A DNA stretch of 64,000 nucleotides from Candidatus Multivoradales bacterium (lineage in GTDB: Bacteria; Acidobacteriota; Thermoanaerobaculia; Multivoradales; JAHEKO01). The stretch lies in assembly GCA_965223155.1 (NCBI GenBank), contig CBDCVR010000014.1:1248001-1312000 (forward strand), written 5' to 3'. The notes beneath the pieces were generated by a model. It saw nothing but the letters and a program-made list of their open reading frames with translations. It was not told the DNA's origin and ran no database searches. The translations under genes and the position numbers were made by a program. Shown here in pieces: positions 1-9,209 of the stretch. Numbering within the stretch: the first letter of the stretch is position 1; every line of letters begins with the position of its first letter.

Positions 1-1117
1 CGTCGTCGAGAAAATCGTCATTGAACTTCGCTCCCAGGCTGCCGGCCAGTCTGGCGGTCTCGGGCAGCTTGCCACTCGCCTGGAAGCCGTGGTCCGAAAC
101 GACGAAGACGACCGTGTCGTCGTCCAGGATCTCGAGCAGCCGGCCCAGATAGCCGTCGTTGTGCCGGTACATGTTGGGGACGACCGAGCCCAGCCGGTCC
201 GCCAGCTTTCGATCCACGCCTTCGAAAGCGTCGGCATCGTAGAGATGCCAGTAGGTGTGGGAGATGGCGTCGTTGGCGATCAGGAAGATCGCCGCCAGAT
301 CGGGCTGACCGCGGCCAACCAGCTCGAGGGCAATCTCCTCGAAGGTGCGCTGATTCGAGAAGGCGAACTTCAAGACGCCCGGACCGTGTCCGCGGACCGG
401 CTTTTCCGCCGCCAGGAGCTCGGCTTCCTCGGCCGGGGTATACGCCGCCAGGCGCCGGATCTCCTCGAGCGGCGGCTCGGCCGGGTTCACGACCAGGTGA
501 CGGAGCTCGCCCGCCAGCTCGGGCGGAAAGGTGGCCGCTCGATCCTTGTGGCCGTCGGACCACTCGCTCCAGCGGCTCCGGGTCAGCCGGTCCGAGACCA
601 CCCAGCCGCGCACCGGCTCGGCCGGCCAGGTAGACCACCAGCCGGCGATCCCGACACTGCGCCCCGCGGCGGAGAGCACGTCCCAGACGTTGAGCTTGCG
701 GCGCATCGTGGAGTTGACCAGAACCCGCTCGGAGGACTCGCCGTCCGCCCCGGGCACGGTCACGACGAAGTCCCCGATGCCGTGCTCTTCCCGATCGTGG
801 CCGGTGGCGATGGTGGTCCAGAGAGCCGGAGACTTCATGGGTTTCTCCGAGCGGAGCGGACCTCTTGCCCCGGATTCGATCAGGCGGGCGAAGTTGGGTA
901 GGCGGCCCGCCTCGAGCAGCGGATCGAGCACGGTGAAGGTGCCGCCGTCGATGCCGAGCCAGACCACCTTGAGACCGGTTTCGCGAGCGTCGATCTTGGC
1001 CGCCGCCGCGCGCTCTCGAGACTCGGACTCGGAGTCTTGGCCGCACCCCGCAACCACGAGGGCGCAACCGGCGATCAAGCCCAGGGCCAGCCCTCGCCTC
1101 GGGTCAATTCCCGGCAT
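1..1117 (-). CDS. Alkaline phosphatase superfamily (phosphodiesterase/nucleotide pyrophosphatase-like) lipoprotein, truncated at window edge
   Basis: Not in the ORF track because it runs off the edge. Manual translation from ATG 1117: MPGIDPRRGLALGLIAGCALVVAGC (lipobox) ... KVVWLGIDGGTFTVLDPLLEAGRLPNF ... SPALWTTIATG ... GWWSTWPAEPVRG, typical of this family. Confidence 0.8.
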   Translation of the reverse strand, partial: MPGIDPRRGLALGLIAGCALVVAGCGQDSESESRERAAAAKIDARETGLKVVWLGIDGGTFTVLDPLLEAGRLPNFARLIESGARGPLRSEKPMKSPALWTTIATGHDREEHGIGDFVVTVPGADGESSERVLVNSTMRRKLNVWDVLSAAGRSVGIAGWWSTWPAEPVRGWVVSDRLTRSRWSEWSDGHKDRAATFPPELAGELRHLVVNPAEPPLEEIRRLAAYTPAEEAELLAAEKPVRGHGPGVLKFAFSNQRTFEEIALELVGRGQPDLAAIFLIANDAISHTYWHLYDADAFEGVDRKLADRLGSVVPNMYRHNDGYLGRLLEILDDDTVVFVVSDHGFQASGKLPETARLAGSLGAKFNDDFLDD

Positions 1118-3191
1118 CGGGTGCCTCCTCGGTTCCACCGTCGAGCACACCGAGCTCCTCGGACGCGTCACCATCCATTGGCACGACGTCGAGAGCGATC
1201 GGGGTCTCGGGATCGAAGACGGCGATGCCCTCGCGATCCAGCGTTCGCTTGACGCCGGCCACCACATAGTGACTGCGTCCAATCGCGTCCTGGGGGCTCT
1301 CCAAGGGATGCAACAGGAACTCGGCCAGGCGTACGAACCGCTCGTGGTCCGCCCGGCTTTGCGGCACGCGAGCCACCGCCACGATCATGTCGTCGTCCGC
1401 AATCTTGATCAGAAACGACGCGACACCGGGTTGCTTCAACGACTCCAGAACGTCCGAGTAGTCGAAAAAGCCCACGCCGCGAACCCGCAGTCCCGTCCGG
1501 TCGATCGCCGCGATCCGAATCGGCGCCTCGTCTTGGGCGTCGATCAAGGTGAGGTTCCGGTCATCGCGCACCACGACCTCGCCGGCTCCCGCCGGCTCGA
1601 TCCGAATCTCGCCGATGGGCCAGACCGATCCGGTGCGCGAGTACACGACCTGCGGCCGGGTCGGATGGACCAGGTCCTCGAAATCCACGTGGTGCTCGGC
1701 AAACATGCGTCGGACCGGTTCCTTCGAGAAGTAGATCGGCCACTCTTCGAGAAACTGGTATTGCTGCTCGAAGATCACGCCCGCGGAGCGAAACAGGAGC
1801 CCGCGGTCGCGGCCCAGGTGCCGGCCAATCTCATGATACTTGCCGAGCTGCCGAGCTTTGTAGCCCGGTCCCCGGTAAGCGGCCACCACGGCATCGTTGC
1901 CGGCCATCTCGATCAGCATCTCTCGATCGTACGGATTGCTGGCAACGGCGACCTCGCCGCAGGTCGAAACCGCACCGACGCCGATAACGGCCGTCCAGAG
2001 CGCCAGCGCCAGCCTCCGCGGCCAGCCCGACCGCACCCGCTCGACGCCCAGAACCGCCAGCAGCACGGTGAGTGCCCAGATGGGCGGCAGGTACGATTTC
2101 CAGTCCCCGATGTGGTAGACGGCGAGAAGTGCCACCGACACCCCCGCCGCCAGGAGCAGGAAGGCGCGCGCGGACCGCTTGCGGCCGATCCAACCGGCGC
2201 CGGCGAGCGCCAGCACCACGGTCGCCCAGGAGAGCTGGCGCCCGGCCTCGAGCGGCAGCGCGCCCAGCCGGGCAACGAGCTCGCCCGGCCCCTTGCGCAT
2301 GAGGTTCTTCTCGGTGAACCGGGTCCCGGAGACCGTGTCCACGAGGTCGGTGATCTCGGCTCCCCGGTCGATGCCTTCGACGAAGGCGGCGTCCGAATGC
2401 GATCGGTAGAGAACGAAGCCGTAGAGCGCGGCGGTCACCACGGCGCCGAGGACGGCCGCCGTCACCACCGGCCGCGAGACCAGCGTCCGCCAGCCACCGC
2501 GCCAGACCGCCCACGCTACCGCCGGAACCAGGGTGACGATGGTGGTGTGATGGGCAAAGGCCAGCGCCAGGACCAGCAACAGGGCACCCAGCACGACCGG
2601 CTCGCGCCCCTCCAGCCAACGGTTGGCGAGCCAGCAGACGGCCACCACGAGCAGGAGGTGGAGCGCGTAGACCTCGGCCTCGGTGGCGTAGATCCAGACC
2701 ACCGGGCTCAAAAGCAGGGCCCAGGTGGCCGCGACCGCCGCCCACCGGCTCGTACCCAAGTCAAACGCCAACAAGTACAGCAACCAGCCCGCGGCCAACG
2801 CCAAGACCGCCGAGAGTAGATTGACCTTGGTCGCGAGATCGAGCGGCAGCGGCAGACGGGTGAACAGGAAGTTGAGCAGCACGTAGAGCGGATAGCCCGG
2901 TTGGTGCGGCACGCCCAGGATCTCTCCGATGTACTGGAACTTGGCCGAGTCACCGGTGTTGATGCGGCCGCCGACGCCCGGGTAGAGGGTCAGCAGATAG
3001 AGAACGGCCGGCAGGCCGAGCGCGGCCGCCATCGCCGCCCGCGCGCGCCACTCCGCGCTACGCCCTGACGACTCAGGACGGGGCGGCCGGACGGAGATCG
3101 GGCGTTCCGAATCGGGTTCCGGGTTCACGGCTGGCTTGAGGGTTCGGCTGGGATCCGGGGGGGGTGCGCGCTCCGGAAGATCGCGCGGCAT
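1104..3191 (-). CDS. DUF2723/TMEM260-like GT-C membrane glycosyltransferase
   Basis: YLLTLYPGV..GDSAKFQ..GVPHQPGYPLY, ATEAEVYALH, many TM segments and a soluble C-terminal domain. Start uncertain (3191 or 3032). Confidence 0.75.
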   Translation of the reverse strand: MPRDLPERAPPPDPSRTLKPAVNPEPDSERPISVRPPRPESSGRSAEWRARAAMAAALGLPAVLYLLTLYPGVGGRINTGDSAKFQYIGEILGVPHQPGYPLYVLLNFLFTRLPLPLDLATKVNLLSAVLALAAGWLLYLLAFDLGTSRWAAVAATWALLLSPVVWIYATEAEVYALHLLLVVAVCWLANRWLEGREPVVLGALLLVLALAFAHHTTIVTLVPAVAWAVWRGGWRTLVSRPVVTAAVLGAVVTAALYGFVLYRSHSDAAFVEGIDRGAEITDLVDTVSGTRFTEKNLMRKGPGELVARLGALPLEAGRQLSWATVVLALAGAGWIGRKRSARAFLLLAAGVSVALLAVYHIGDWKSYLPPIWALTVLLAVLGVERVRSGWPRRLALALWTAVIGVGAVSTCGEVAVASNPYDREMLIEMAGNDAVVAAYRGPGYKARQLGKYHEIGRHLGRDRGLLFRSAGVIFEQQYQFLEEWPIYFSKEPVRRMFAEHHVDFEDLVHPTRPQVVYSRTGSVWPIGEIRIEPAGAGEVVVRDDRNLTLIDAQDEAPIRIAAIDRTGLRVRGVGFFDYSDVLESLKQPGVASFLIKIADDDMIVAVARVPQSRADHERFVRLAEFLLHPLESPQDAIGRSHYVVAGVKRTLDREGIAVFDPETPIALDVVPMDGDASEELGVLDGGTEEAPDAGN

Positions 3192-3337
3192 CGAAGACGG
3201 AGAGTCTATACGACGCCCGGCGCAACCACGCCCGAAGAGCCCGCCTCGAAGCGGCCCGCGCCGAACGCCTTCCGGTCTCAGCGAGCCCCCGCTTCGGGTC
3301 TCTCGAGACCGCCCCACATGGTAGGGTTTTCCCCGCC

Positions 3338-4783
3338 ATGGACAGTCTGGCCGAAGCCGGAACGGCCCTTTCGAACCGGGCCGCGAACAGTCAGGAAGAC
3401 GCCTACCGGGCCTTCCTCGAGGCCTATCCCGAATTCGCGGCGACGGCCGAGTTGGACCGGTTGCGCGAGCAAGAATTCCCGCGCCTCGACCGCCAGGGCC
3501 ACGTCTATCTGGACTACACCGGCGGCGGTCTCTACGCCGACTGCCAAGTGCGGGATCATTCCGAGTTCCTGCTGAGCCATGTGCTGGGCAACCCGCACTC
3601 CACCAACCCGACCTCGCTCGCCACCACCGACCGGGTCGAGCGCTGCCGGCGCCGAGTGCTCGAGTTCTTCCGGGCCTCGCCGGAGGAGTACGGGGTCATC
3701 TTCACCGCCAACGCCAGCCACGCTCTCAAGCTGGTCGGCGAGTCCTATCCCTTCGAGCCCGGCGACCGGTTCCTCTTGACCTTCGACAACCACAACTCGG
3801 TCAACGGCATCCGCGAGTTCGATCGGGTCCATGGTGCCGAGACCACCTACGTGCCCCTGGCTCCCCCGCGGCTGCGGATCGACGACGCCGAGCTCGAACA
3901 CTATCTGGCAAAGGGCCGGCCGGGACGGCACGACCTCTTTGCCTTCCCGGCCCAGTCCAATTTCTCCGGCGTCCAGCATCCTCTCGACTGGATCCAGCGC
4001 GCCCACGAGCACGGCTGGGACGTACTCCTGGACGCTGCGGCCTTCGTGCCGACCAACCGGCTGGACCTGAGCATCGTCAAGCCCGACTACGTGGCGCTGT
4101 CGTTCTACAAGATGTTCGGCTACCCCACCGGCGTGGGCGCCCTCATCGCCCGCTGGCCCGCCCTCGAGAAGCTGCACCGTCCGTGGTTCGCCGGCGGCAC
4201 GATCGAGGTGGCTTCGGTCCAGGCAGACACCCACGTTCTCGCGGTCGGCGCCGCCGCGTTCGAGGATGGAACCCTCGACTATTCGAATATCCCCGCGGTC
4301 GAGATCGGCCTCGACTTCCTGGACTCGATCGGGGTCGAGACCATTCACGAGCGGGTGCGCTGCCTGACCGGGTGGCTCCTCGAGCAACTGATCGGCCTCA
4401 AGCACTCGAACGGCGCGCCTCTGATCCTGGTCTACGGCCCGCTCAGCACCGAGGGCCGGGGTGGCGCGATCGCGGTCAACTTCACCGACGCCGCCGGACG
4501 CCTCATCGACCACCAGGAAGTCGAGGAACGCGCCAACCGGCGCAACATTTCGCTCCGGACGGGCTGCTTCTGCAACCCGGGGGCCGGCGAGATCGCGCTC
4601 GGCCTGGGCCGTTCCGAGCTCGTCACCTGCTTCAGCAACACCGAAGAGAGACTCACCCTCGAGACCTTCAAGGGCTGTATCGACGGCAAGGGCACGGGAG
4701 CGGTTCGGGTCTCGGTGGGCCTCGCCACCAACTTCGCCGACGTCTACACCCTGGTCGACTTCGCCAAGAGCCTGCTCGACTGA
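3338..4783 (+). CDS. Class V PLP-dependent aminotransferase, molybdenum cofactor sulfurase-like
   Basis: VYLDYTGG, GNPHS, LLDAAAF, SFYKMFGYPTGVGAL (PLP lysine) and LRTGCFCNPG motifs. Confidence 0.8.
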   Translation: MDSLAEAGTALSNRAANSQEDAYRAFLEAYPEFAATAELDRLREQEFPRLDRQGHVYLDYTGGGLYADCQVRDHSEFLLSHVLGNPHSTNPTSLATTDRVERCRRRVLEFFRASPEEYGVIFTANASHALKLVGESYPFEPGDRFLLTFDNHNSVNGIREFDRVHGAETTYVPLAPPRLRIDDAELEHYLAKGRPGRHDLFAFPAQSNFSGVQHPLDWIQRAHEHGWDVLLDAAAFVPTNRLDLSIVKPDYVALSFYKMFGYPTGVGALIARWPALEKLHRPWFAGGTIEVASVQADTHVLAVGAAAFEDGTLDYSNIPAVEIGLDFLDSIGVETIHERVRCLTGWLLEQLIGLKHSNGAPLILVYGPLSTEGRGGAIAVNFTDAAGRLIDHQEVEERANRRNISLRTGCFCNPGAGEIALGLGRSELVTCFSNTEERLTLETFKGCIDGKGTGAVRVSVGLATNFADVYTLVDFAKSLLD

Positions 4784-4813
4784 GGCCGAGCCGGACTCCG
4801 GCCGCGGCCCGCC

Positions 4814-6142
4814 CTAGCGAGCGCGCACGTCGTAGACGTGAAGGGCGTCCTGCTCGCGCAAGTACAAGTGGCCGTTGGCGATCACCGGATGAGCCCAACT
4901 CTCGCGCTCGACATCCGGAATCATGAAGCTACCGTGCTCCCGGTACCCTTCCGCGCTCGCTTCGACGAGGATCATGCGGCCGTCCTGGTAGCGGAAGTAG
5001 ATCCGGCCGTCGGCATAGGTCACCGCCGCCGAGTTGCGGCCCTCGTTGCGCTCGGGTCCCCACGCCACCTCGCCGCTCTCGAGCGCGACCGCGATCGGAA
5101 AGCCCCGGTTGTGCCCGGTGCCGGTGTAGACGTAGCCACGGTCCAGAATCAGGCCGCCGTGGTGATTCTGGAAGGTGTCGGGCTCCAAGAAATACACTTC
5201 CTCGGCGACCAGCGGACGGCTCCCGTCCTCGCCTTCCTCCGCCCGCTGGATCCGGACCAGCGCGGCGCCGGTACCGTAGCCGCTCGAAGCAAAGACGTAG
5301 TCACCGGTGACCAGCGGTGTGGCGATATTGGCGATGTCGTTCGCCACCGGGTTGTAGCCCCACAGGAAGCGGCCGGTCTCGGCCTCGACCCCGATCACTC
5401 CGCGGCCGAGAAACTGAACGTACTGCCTGACGCCGGCGGCATGGGAGACGACCACCGACGAGTACCCGGCGCCGTCGGTCCCGGCCGAACCGAGCCGCGG
5501 AATCCGCGCCTTCCAGATCTCCTCGCCGGTGTTCTTGTCGAGAGCCACCAGAGCAGCGTCCGTGCCCCCCGGAGTGACGATCACCCGATCGCCATCGACC
5601 AGGGGCGACTCGACGTACTTCCAGTCCGTCGTGCCCATGGCTTGCATCAAGTGGCTGCCGAAGTCCCCGGGCAGGCTGCGCCGCCAGACTTCCCGACCGG
5701 TCTCGGCTTCGAGACAGACGATTGCGCCCTCGGTGCTCATGACGTACAGGCGCTCGCCGTCCACGGTCGGCGTGGAGCGCGGACCCAGGTATCTGTCGTC
5801 CCAGCTCGGTCCGACACGGGTCTTCCAGAGATGGCTGCCGTCGGATTCGGCAAGGGCGACGACGTACTGCCCGTCCCCATGATCCCCCAAGGTGTAGATC
5901 CGGCCGCCGGCAACGGCCAGGCTCGAGTAGCCACTGCCGAGGCCGGTCGCCGTCCAGGATCGCGGCGGCCCGTCCTCGGGCCAGGATTGAAGAAGCCCGG
6001 TCTCGGCCGAGCGTCCGTCGCGGTTGGGGCCGCGCCATTGCGGCCAGTCCTCGGCGACCGCCGGCAGAGCCATTGAGCTCACCAGAGCGGCTGTCATGAA
6101 AATGCTGCGTCCCGTCATCGTTCTAGTCTCCAGAATTCCCAT
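4814..6142 (-). CDS. Secreted PQQ-binding-like beta-propeller repeat protein
   Basis: Signal peptide followed by DWPQWRGPNRDG, GYSS, RSTP, repeated xxTGxxxW blades and C-terminal WAHPVIANGHLYLR. Confidence 0.8.
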   Translation of the reverse strand: MGILETRTMTGRSIFMTAALVSSMALPAVAEDWPQWRGPNRDGRSAETGLLQSWPEDGPPRSWTATGLGSGYSSLAVAGGRIYTLGDHGDGQYVVALAESDGSHLWKTRVGPSWDDRYLGPRSTPTVDGERLYVMSTEGAIVCLEAETGREVWRRSLPGDFGSHLMQAMGTTDWKYVESPLVDGDRVIVTPGGTDAALVALDKNTGEEIWKARIPRLGSAGTDGAGYSSVVVSHAAGVRQYVQFLGRGVIGVEAETGRFLWGYNPVANDIANIATPLVTGDYVFASSGYGTGAALVRIQRAEEGEDGSRPLVAEEVYFLEPDTFQNHHGGLILDRGYVYTGTGHNRGFPIAVALESGEVAWGPERNEGRNSAAVTYADGRIYFRYQDGRMILVEASAEGYREHGSFMIPDVERESWAHPVIANGHLYLREQDALHVYDVRAR

Positions 6143-6217
6143 CCATCGTCAACTACGAGGGTCGTTGTGCCGGGTTGCATGGTACGCGAAACCACGACCG
6201 GTAAGATCGGCCCCGCC

Positions 6218-6862
6218 ATGGCTTCGGAAACCGTCTTCACCTGCCGCGTTTGCAGTGCCGATTTCGAGGTGCCGCAGGCGGCGCTCGACAAGTACCCCGG
6301 GTGGACGCCGAGCTACTGCCGGCGGCACTCGCCGCGCAAGAAGACCGCAAAGCCTCGCTCGCGGCGGCGCCGCTCGACCCGGGAAGAGCTTCTGACGCCG
6401 GCCGAGGTCCTCGCCAAGTACGACGGCGGTCCCACCAGCGGTGTTTTCACCGATGGCAGCGCGATTCCCAATCCCGGACCGGGCGGCTGGGGGTTCGTGT
6501 GGGTCGAAGACGGCAAGATCCTGGCCGAGGAGAGCGGCTACGCCGTCGAGACCACCAACAACCGCATGGAGCTGACCGCCCTGATGGAGGCCTACCGGAT
6601 CCTGCCCGAGAACGCCGAGACCACCGTCTATTCGGACAGCCGGCTGTGCGTCGATACCCTCACGAAGTGGGCTGCCGGCTGGGAGCGCAACGGCTGGAAA
6701 CGCAAGGGCTCGCCGCTCAAGAACCTGGATCTGGTGCGCGAGCTCTTCGCCCTCTATCGAGCCCACCCTGGCTGCCGGCTGGAGTGGATCGCCGCCCACT
6801 CGGGCGATCGCTGGAACGAGTACGCCGACGCCTTGGCCGCCGGCTGGCTCGTCAAGCGGTAG
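6218..6862 (+). CDS. rnhA: Ribonuclease HI with N-terminal zinc-ribbon-like extension
   Basis: FTDGSAIPNPGPGGWG, TTNNRMELTA, YSDS, KNLDL, WIAAHSGDRWNEYADALA; N-terminal CRVC...CRRH. Confidence 0.9.
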   Translation: MASETVFTCRVCSADFEVPQAALDKYPGWTPSYCRRHSPRKKTAKPRSRRRRSTREELLTPAEVLAKYDGGPTSGVFTDGSAIPNPGPGGWGFVWVEDGKILAEESGYAVETTNNRMELTALMEAYRILPENAETTVYSDSRLCVDTLTKWAAGWERNGWKRKGSPLKNLDLVRELFALYRAHPGCRLEWIAAHSGDRWNEYADALAAGWLVKR

Positions 6863-8087
6863 GGGCTCCGAAGCTCTCGAGGACTTCGAGAGCCAGGTCG
6901 ACGTCGGCCACGGTGTGGGCCGCCGAGATCTGAAACCGGATCTCTTCGTCGCCCTTGGGTACCACCGGGTAGTTGAGGCCGGTGGCCAGAACGCCATGCT
7001 CGAAGAGATGCTCTACCAGCGCCGCCGTTCTGGGGGTGTCGCGGACCACCAGTGGCACCACCGGATGCTCGCCGGGAATGGTCTCGAAGCCCAGATCGAC
7101 CAAGCCCTGCTCGAAGCGGGCGGTCATGGAGCGTAGGTGTTCCAGAAGCCGGTGGCCCTCCTCTGAGTCCACCAGCCGCAAGGCCGCCCGGGCCGCCGCC
7201 GCCTCGCCCACCGTGATCGGGTTCGAGTAGATGTACATGGGCGCGGTTTCGCGCAGGTAGCGCACCAGCGCGGCACTGCCCACGACGTAGCCGCCGTTGA
7301 CTCCGAAGGCCTTGCCCAGCGTGCCGACCAGGATGTCGGAGGCCGGAGCGCCCGTGTGCTCCTCCGTGCCCCGGCCGGTGGCGCCAAACGCGCCCACGCC
7401 GTGGGAGTCGTCGGTCATGACCGCCACGTTTTGCGGAAACTCGGCATCGAACTTCCGCGCAAGATCCATCATCTCGGCCAGCGGCGCCCAATCGCCGCGC
7501 ATGCTGAAGATGCCGTCGGTCACCACGACCACCCGGTCGGCTTCGCCCACGCACTCGGCGAGCTTGGCCTCGAGATCGGCCATGTCCGAGTGTTTGTAGA
7601 TTCTCTTGACCTTGGGACGCGCCAGGCGCATGGCGTTGATGATGCAGTTGTGGTTGAGCTCGTCCGAGACGATGGCCGTCGCGGGACTGGTCAGGGGCGC
7701 CAGAACACCGACCACCGTGGCGTAGGCTGAGCTGAAGATCATGCCCGCCTCCCGGCCGTGAAAGGCGGCCAGTTCGCGCTCGAGCTCGAGATGCGGCCGG
7801 TAGGTGCCGCTGATGAAACGCACCGCCCCGGGGCCGGCCCCGAACGCCGCAGTCGCTTCTTCTTCGGCGGTCTTGAGCTCGGCGCGATCGGCGAGGCCCA
7901 GATAGCCATTCGAGTTCATGCGCAGGAACTCGCGGTCGCCCTCGCCCGCCAGCAGCACGCGCGGACCGCGTTCCTCGGCGGCCGGCAGCACCGCAACGAT
8001 CTCGGTCTCGGCCCCCTTGGCGCGGCCGTCCGCTTCGAGCTCGGCGACCGCCGCGCTCAGCGCCCGGTCCAATCGATCCTTCGGCAT
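6852..8087 (-). CDS. kbl: Glycine C-acetyltransferase (2-amino-3-ketobutyrate CoA ligase) family
   Basis: SNGYLGL, GAVRFISGT, SDELNHNCIINA, TDGIFSMRGD, DDSHGVG, GTLGKAFG; lies downstream of the tdh-type gene. Confidence 0.8.
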   Translation of the reverse strand: MPKDRLDRALSAAVAELEADGRAKGAETEIVAVLPAAEERGPRVLLAGEGDREFLRMNSNGYLGLADRAELKTAEEEATAAFGAGPGAVRFISGTYRPHLELERELAAFHGREAGMIFSSAYATVVGVLAPLTSPATAIVSDELNHNCIINAMRLARPKVKRIYKHSDMADLEAKLAECVGEADRVVVVTDGIFSMRGDWAPLAEMMDLARKFDAEFPQNVAVMTDDSHGVGAFGATGRGTEEHTGAPASDILVGTLGKAFGVNGGYVVGSAALVRYLRETAPMYIYSNPITVGEAAAARAALRLVDSEEGHRLLEHLRSMTARFEQGLVDLGFETIPGEHPVVPLVVRDTPRTAALVEHLFEHGVLATGLNYPVVPKGDEEIRFQISAAHTVADVDLALEVLESFGAPTA

Positions 8088-8155
8088 GGCTGGGATTCTC
8101 CCGTCGTTTCCTGTCTCGCGCGGATCCTGGACCGATTCCGGCCCGACGCGCGGCC

Positions 8156-9121
8156 TCAGTCCCCCGACTCGCCGGCACCCTCCAGGCGCCGGCCGAGCTG
8201 GTCGAGCATGTCTCGGGTCATGGTCTCGAGATCGTACTCCGGCAGCCAGTCCCACTCGGCCCGGGCCGCCGAATCATCGATCGAGTCCGGCCATGAGTCG
8301 GCGATCGCCTGGCGCACCGGATCGATCTCGTACTCGATCCGGAACCCGGGAAGGTGCTTGCGAATCTCGGCCGCCAGCTCGGCCGGGGTGAAGCTCATGG
8401 CGGTGATGTTGAAAGAGTTCCTATGCGCGAGCCGGCCGGCATCCGCCTCCATGACCTCCATCGCCGCCCGGATCGCATCCGGCATGTACGTCATGTCGAG
8501 CCGGGTGTCGGCCCCGAGAAAACAGGTGTAGTGCGCGTAGCGAATGGCCTGGTAGAAGATGTCCACGGCGTAATCGGTGGTGCCGCCTCCGGGCTTTGCG
8601 ACGTAGGAAATGAGACCCGGAAAGCGCACGCCGCGCGTATCGACGCCGAAGCGCGAGTGGTAGTAGTCGCACAGAAGCTCGCCCGCGACCTTGGTCACGC
8701 CATACATCGTCGTCGGCCGCTGAACGGTGACCTGCGGCGTGCCGACCGCCGGGGTCCCCGGACCGAAGGCGCCGATCGAGCTCGGAAAGAAAACCGCCAG
8801 GCCACTCTGCCGGGCCACTTCGAGCACCCGGTAGAGGCCGCCCATGTTGATGTCCCAAGCCACCTGGGGCTTTTCCTCGGCCACCGCCGAAAGCAGCGCC
8901 GCCAGGTGATAGACGGTGTCGATGTCGTGCCGGCGCACCGCCTCGCGCACCTGGCTCAAGCTGGTGCAGTCCACGAACTCGAACGGGCCCTCGAGACCCG
9001 TGTCGGCGGGCATCCGGATGTCCGAGGCCACCACGTTGTCGGCGCCGTAGCGCCGGCGCAGCGCCGCCACCAGCTCTGAGCCGATCTGCCCGAGGGCGCC
9101 CGTGACGAGAATTCGTTTCAT
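8156..9121 (-). CDS. tdh: L-threonine 3-dehydrogenase, SDR/epimerase type
   Basis: ILVTGALGQIG, HLAALLSA, PSSIGAFG, RPTTMYGVTK, PGGGTTDYAV; adjacent to kbl. Confidence 0.85.
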   Translation of the reverse strand: MKRILVTGALGQIGSELVAALRRRYGADNVVASDIRMPADTGLEGPFEFVDCTSLSQVREAVRRHDIDTVYHLAALLSAVAEEKPQVAWDINMGGLYRVLEVARQSGLAVFFPSSIGAFGPGTPAVGTPQVTVQRPTTMYGVTKVAGELLCDYYHSRFGVDTRGVRFPGLISYVAKPGGGTTDYAVDIFYQAIRYAHYTCFLGADTRLDMTYMPDAIRAAMEVMEADAGRLAHRNSFNITAMSFTPAELAAEIRKHLPGFRIEYEIDPVRQAIADSWPDSIDDSAARAEWDWLPEYDLETMTRDMLDQLGRRLEGAGESGD

Positions 9122-9209
9122 ACCGCGTTCCAGACGCCCGATCGTACCGGCTCGAATCCGCGAACGGTAGGCGGGACGAGTTGAATCCAGACGGGAACGC
9201 TACCAACCG

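Noticed and set aside
531-2819. Long opposite-strand ORFs (also 28139-30085, 60895-62529, 55307-56560, 39034-40197 and others)
   Set aside because: They are shadow ORFs of well-supported genes in high-GC DNA and carry no recognisable motifs.
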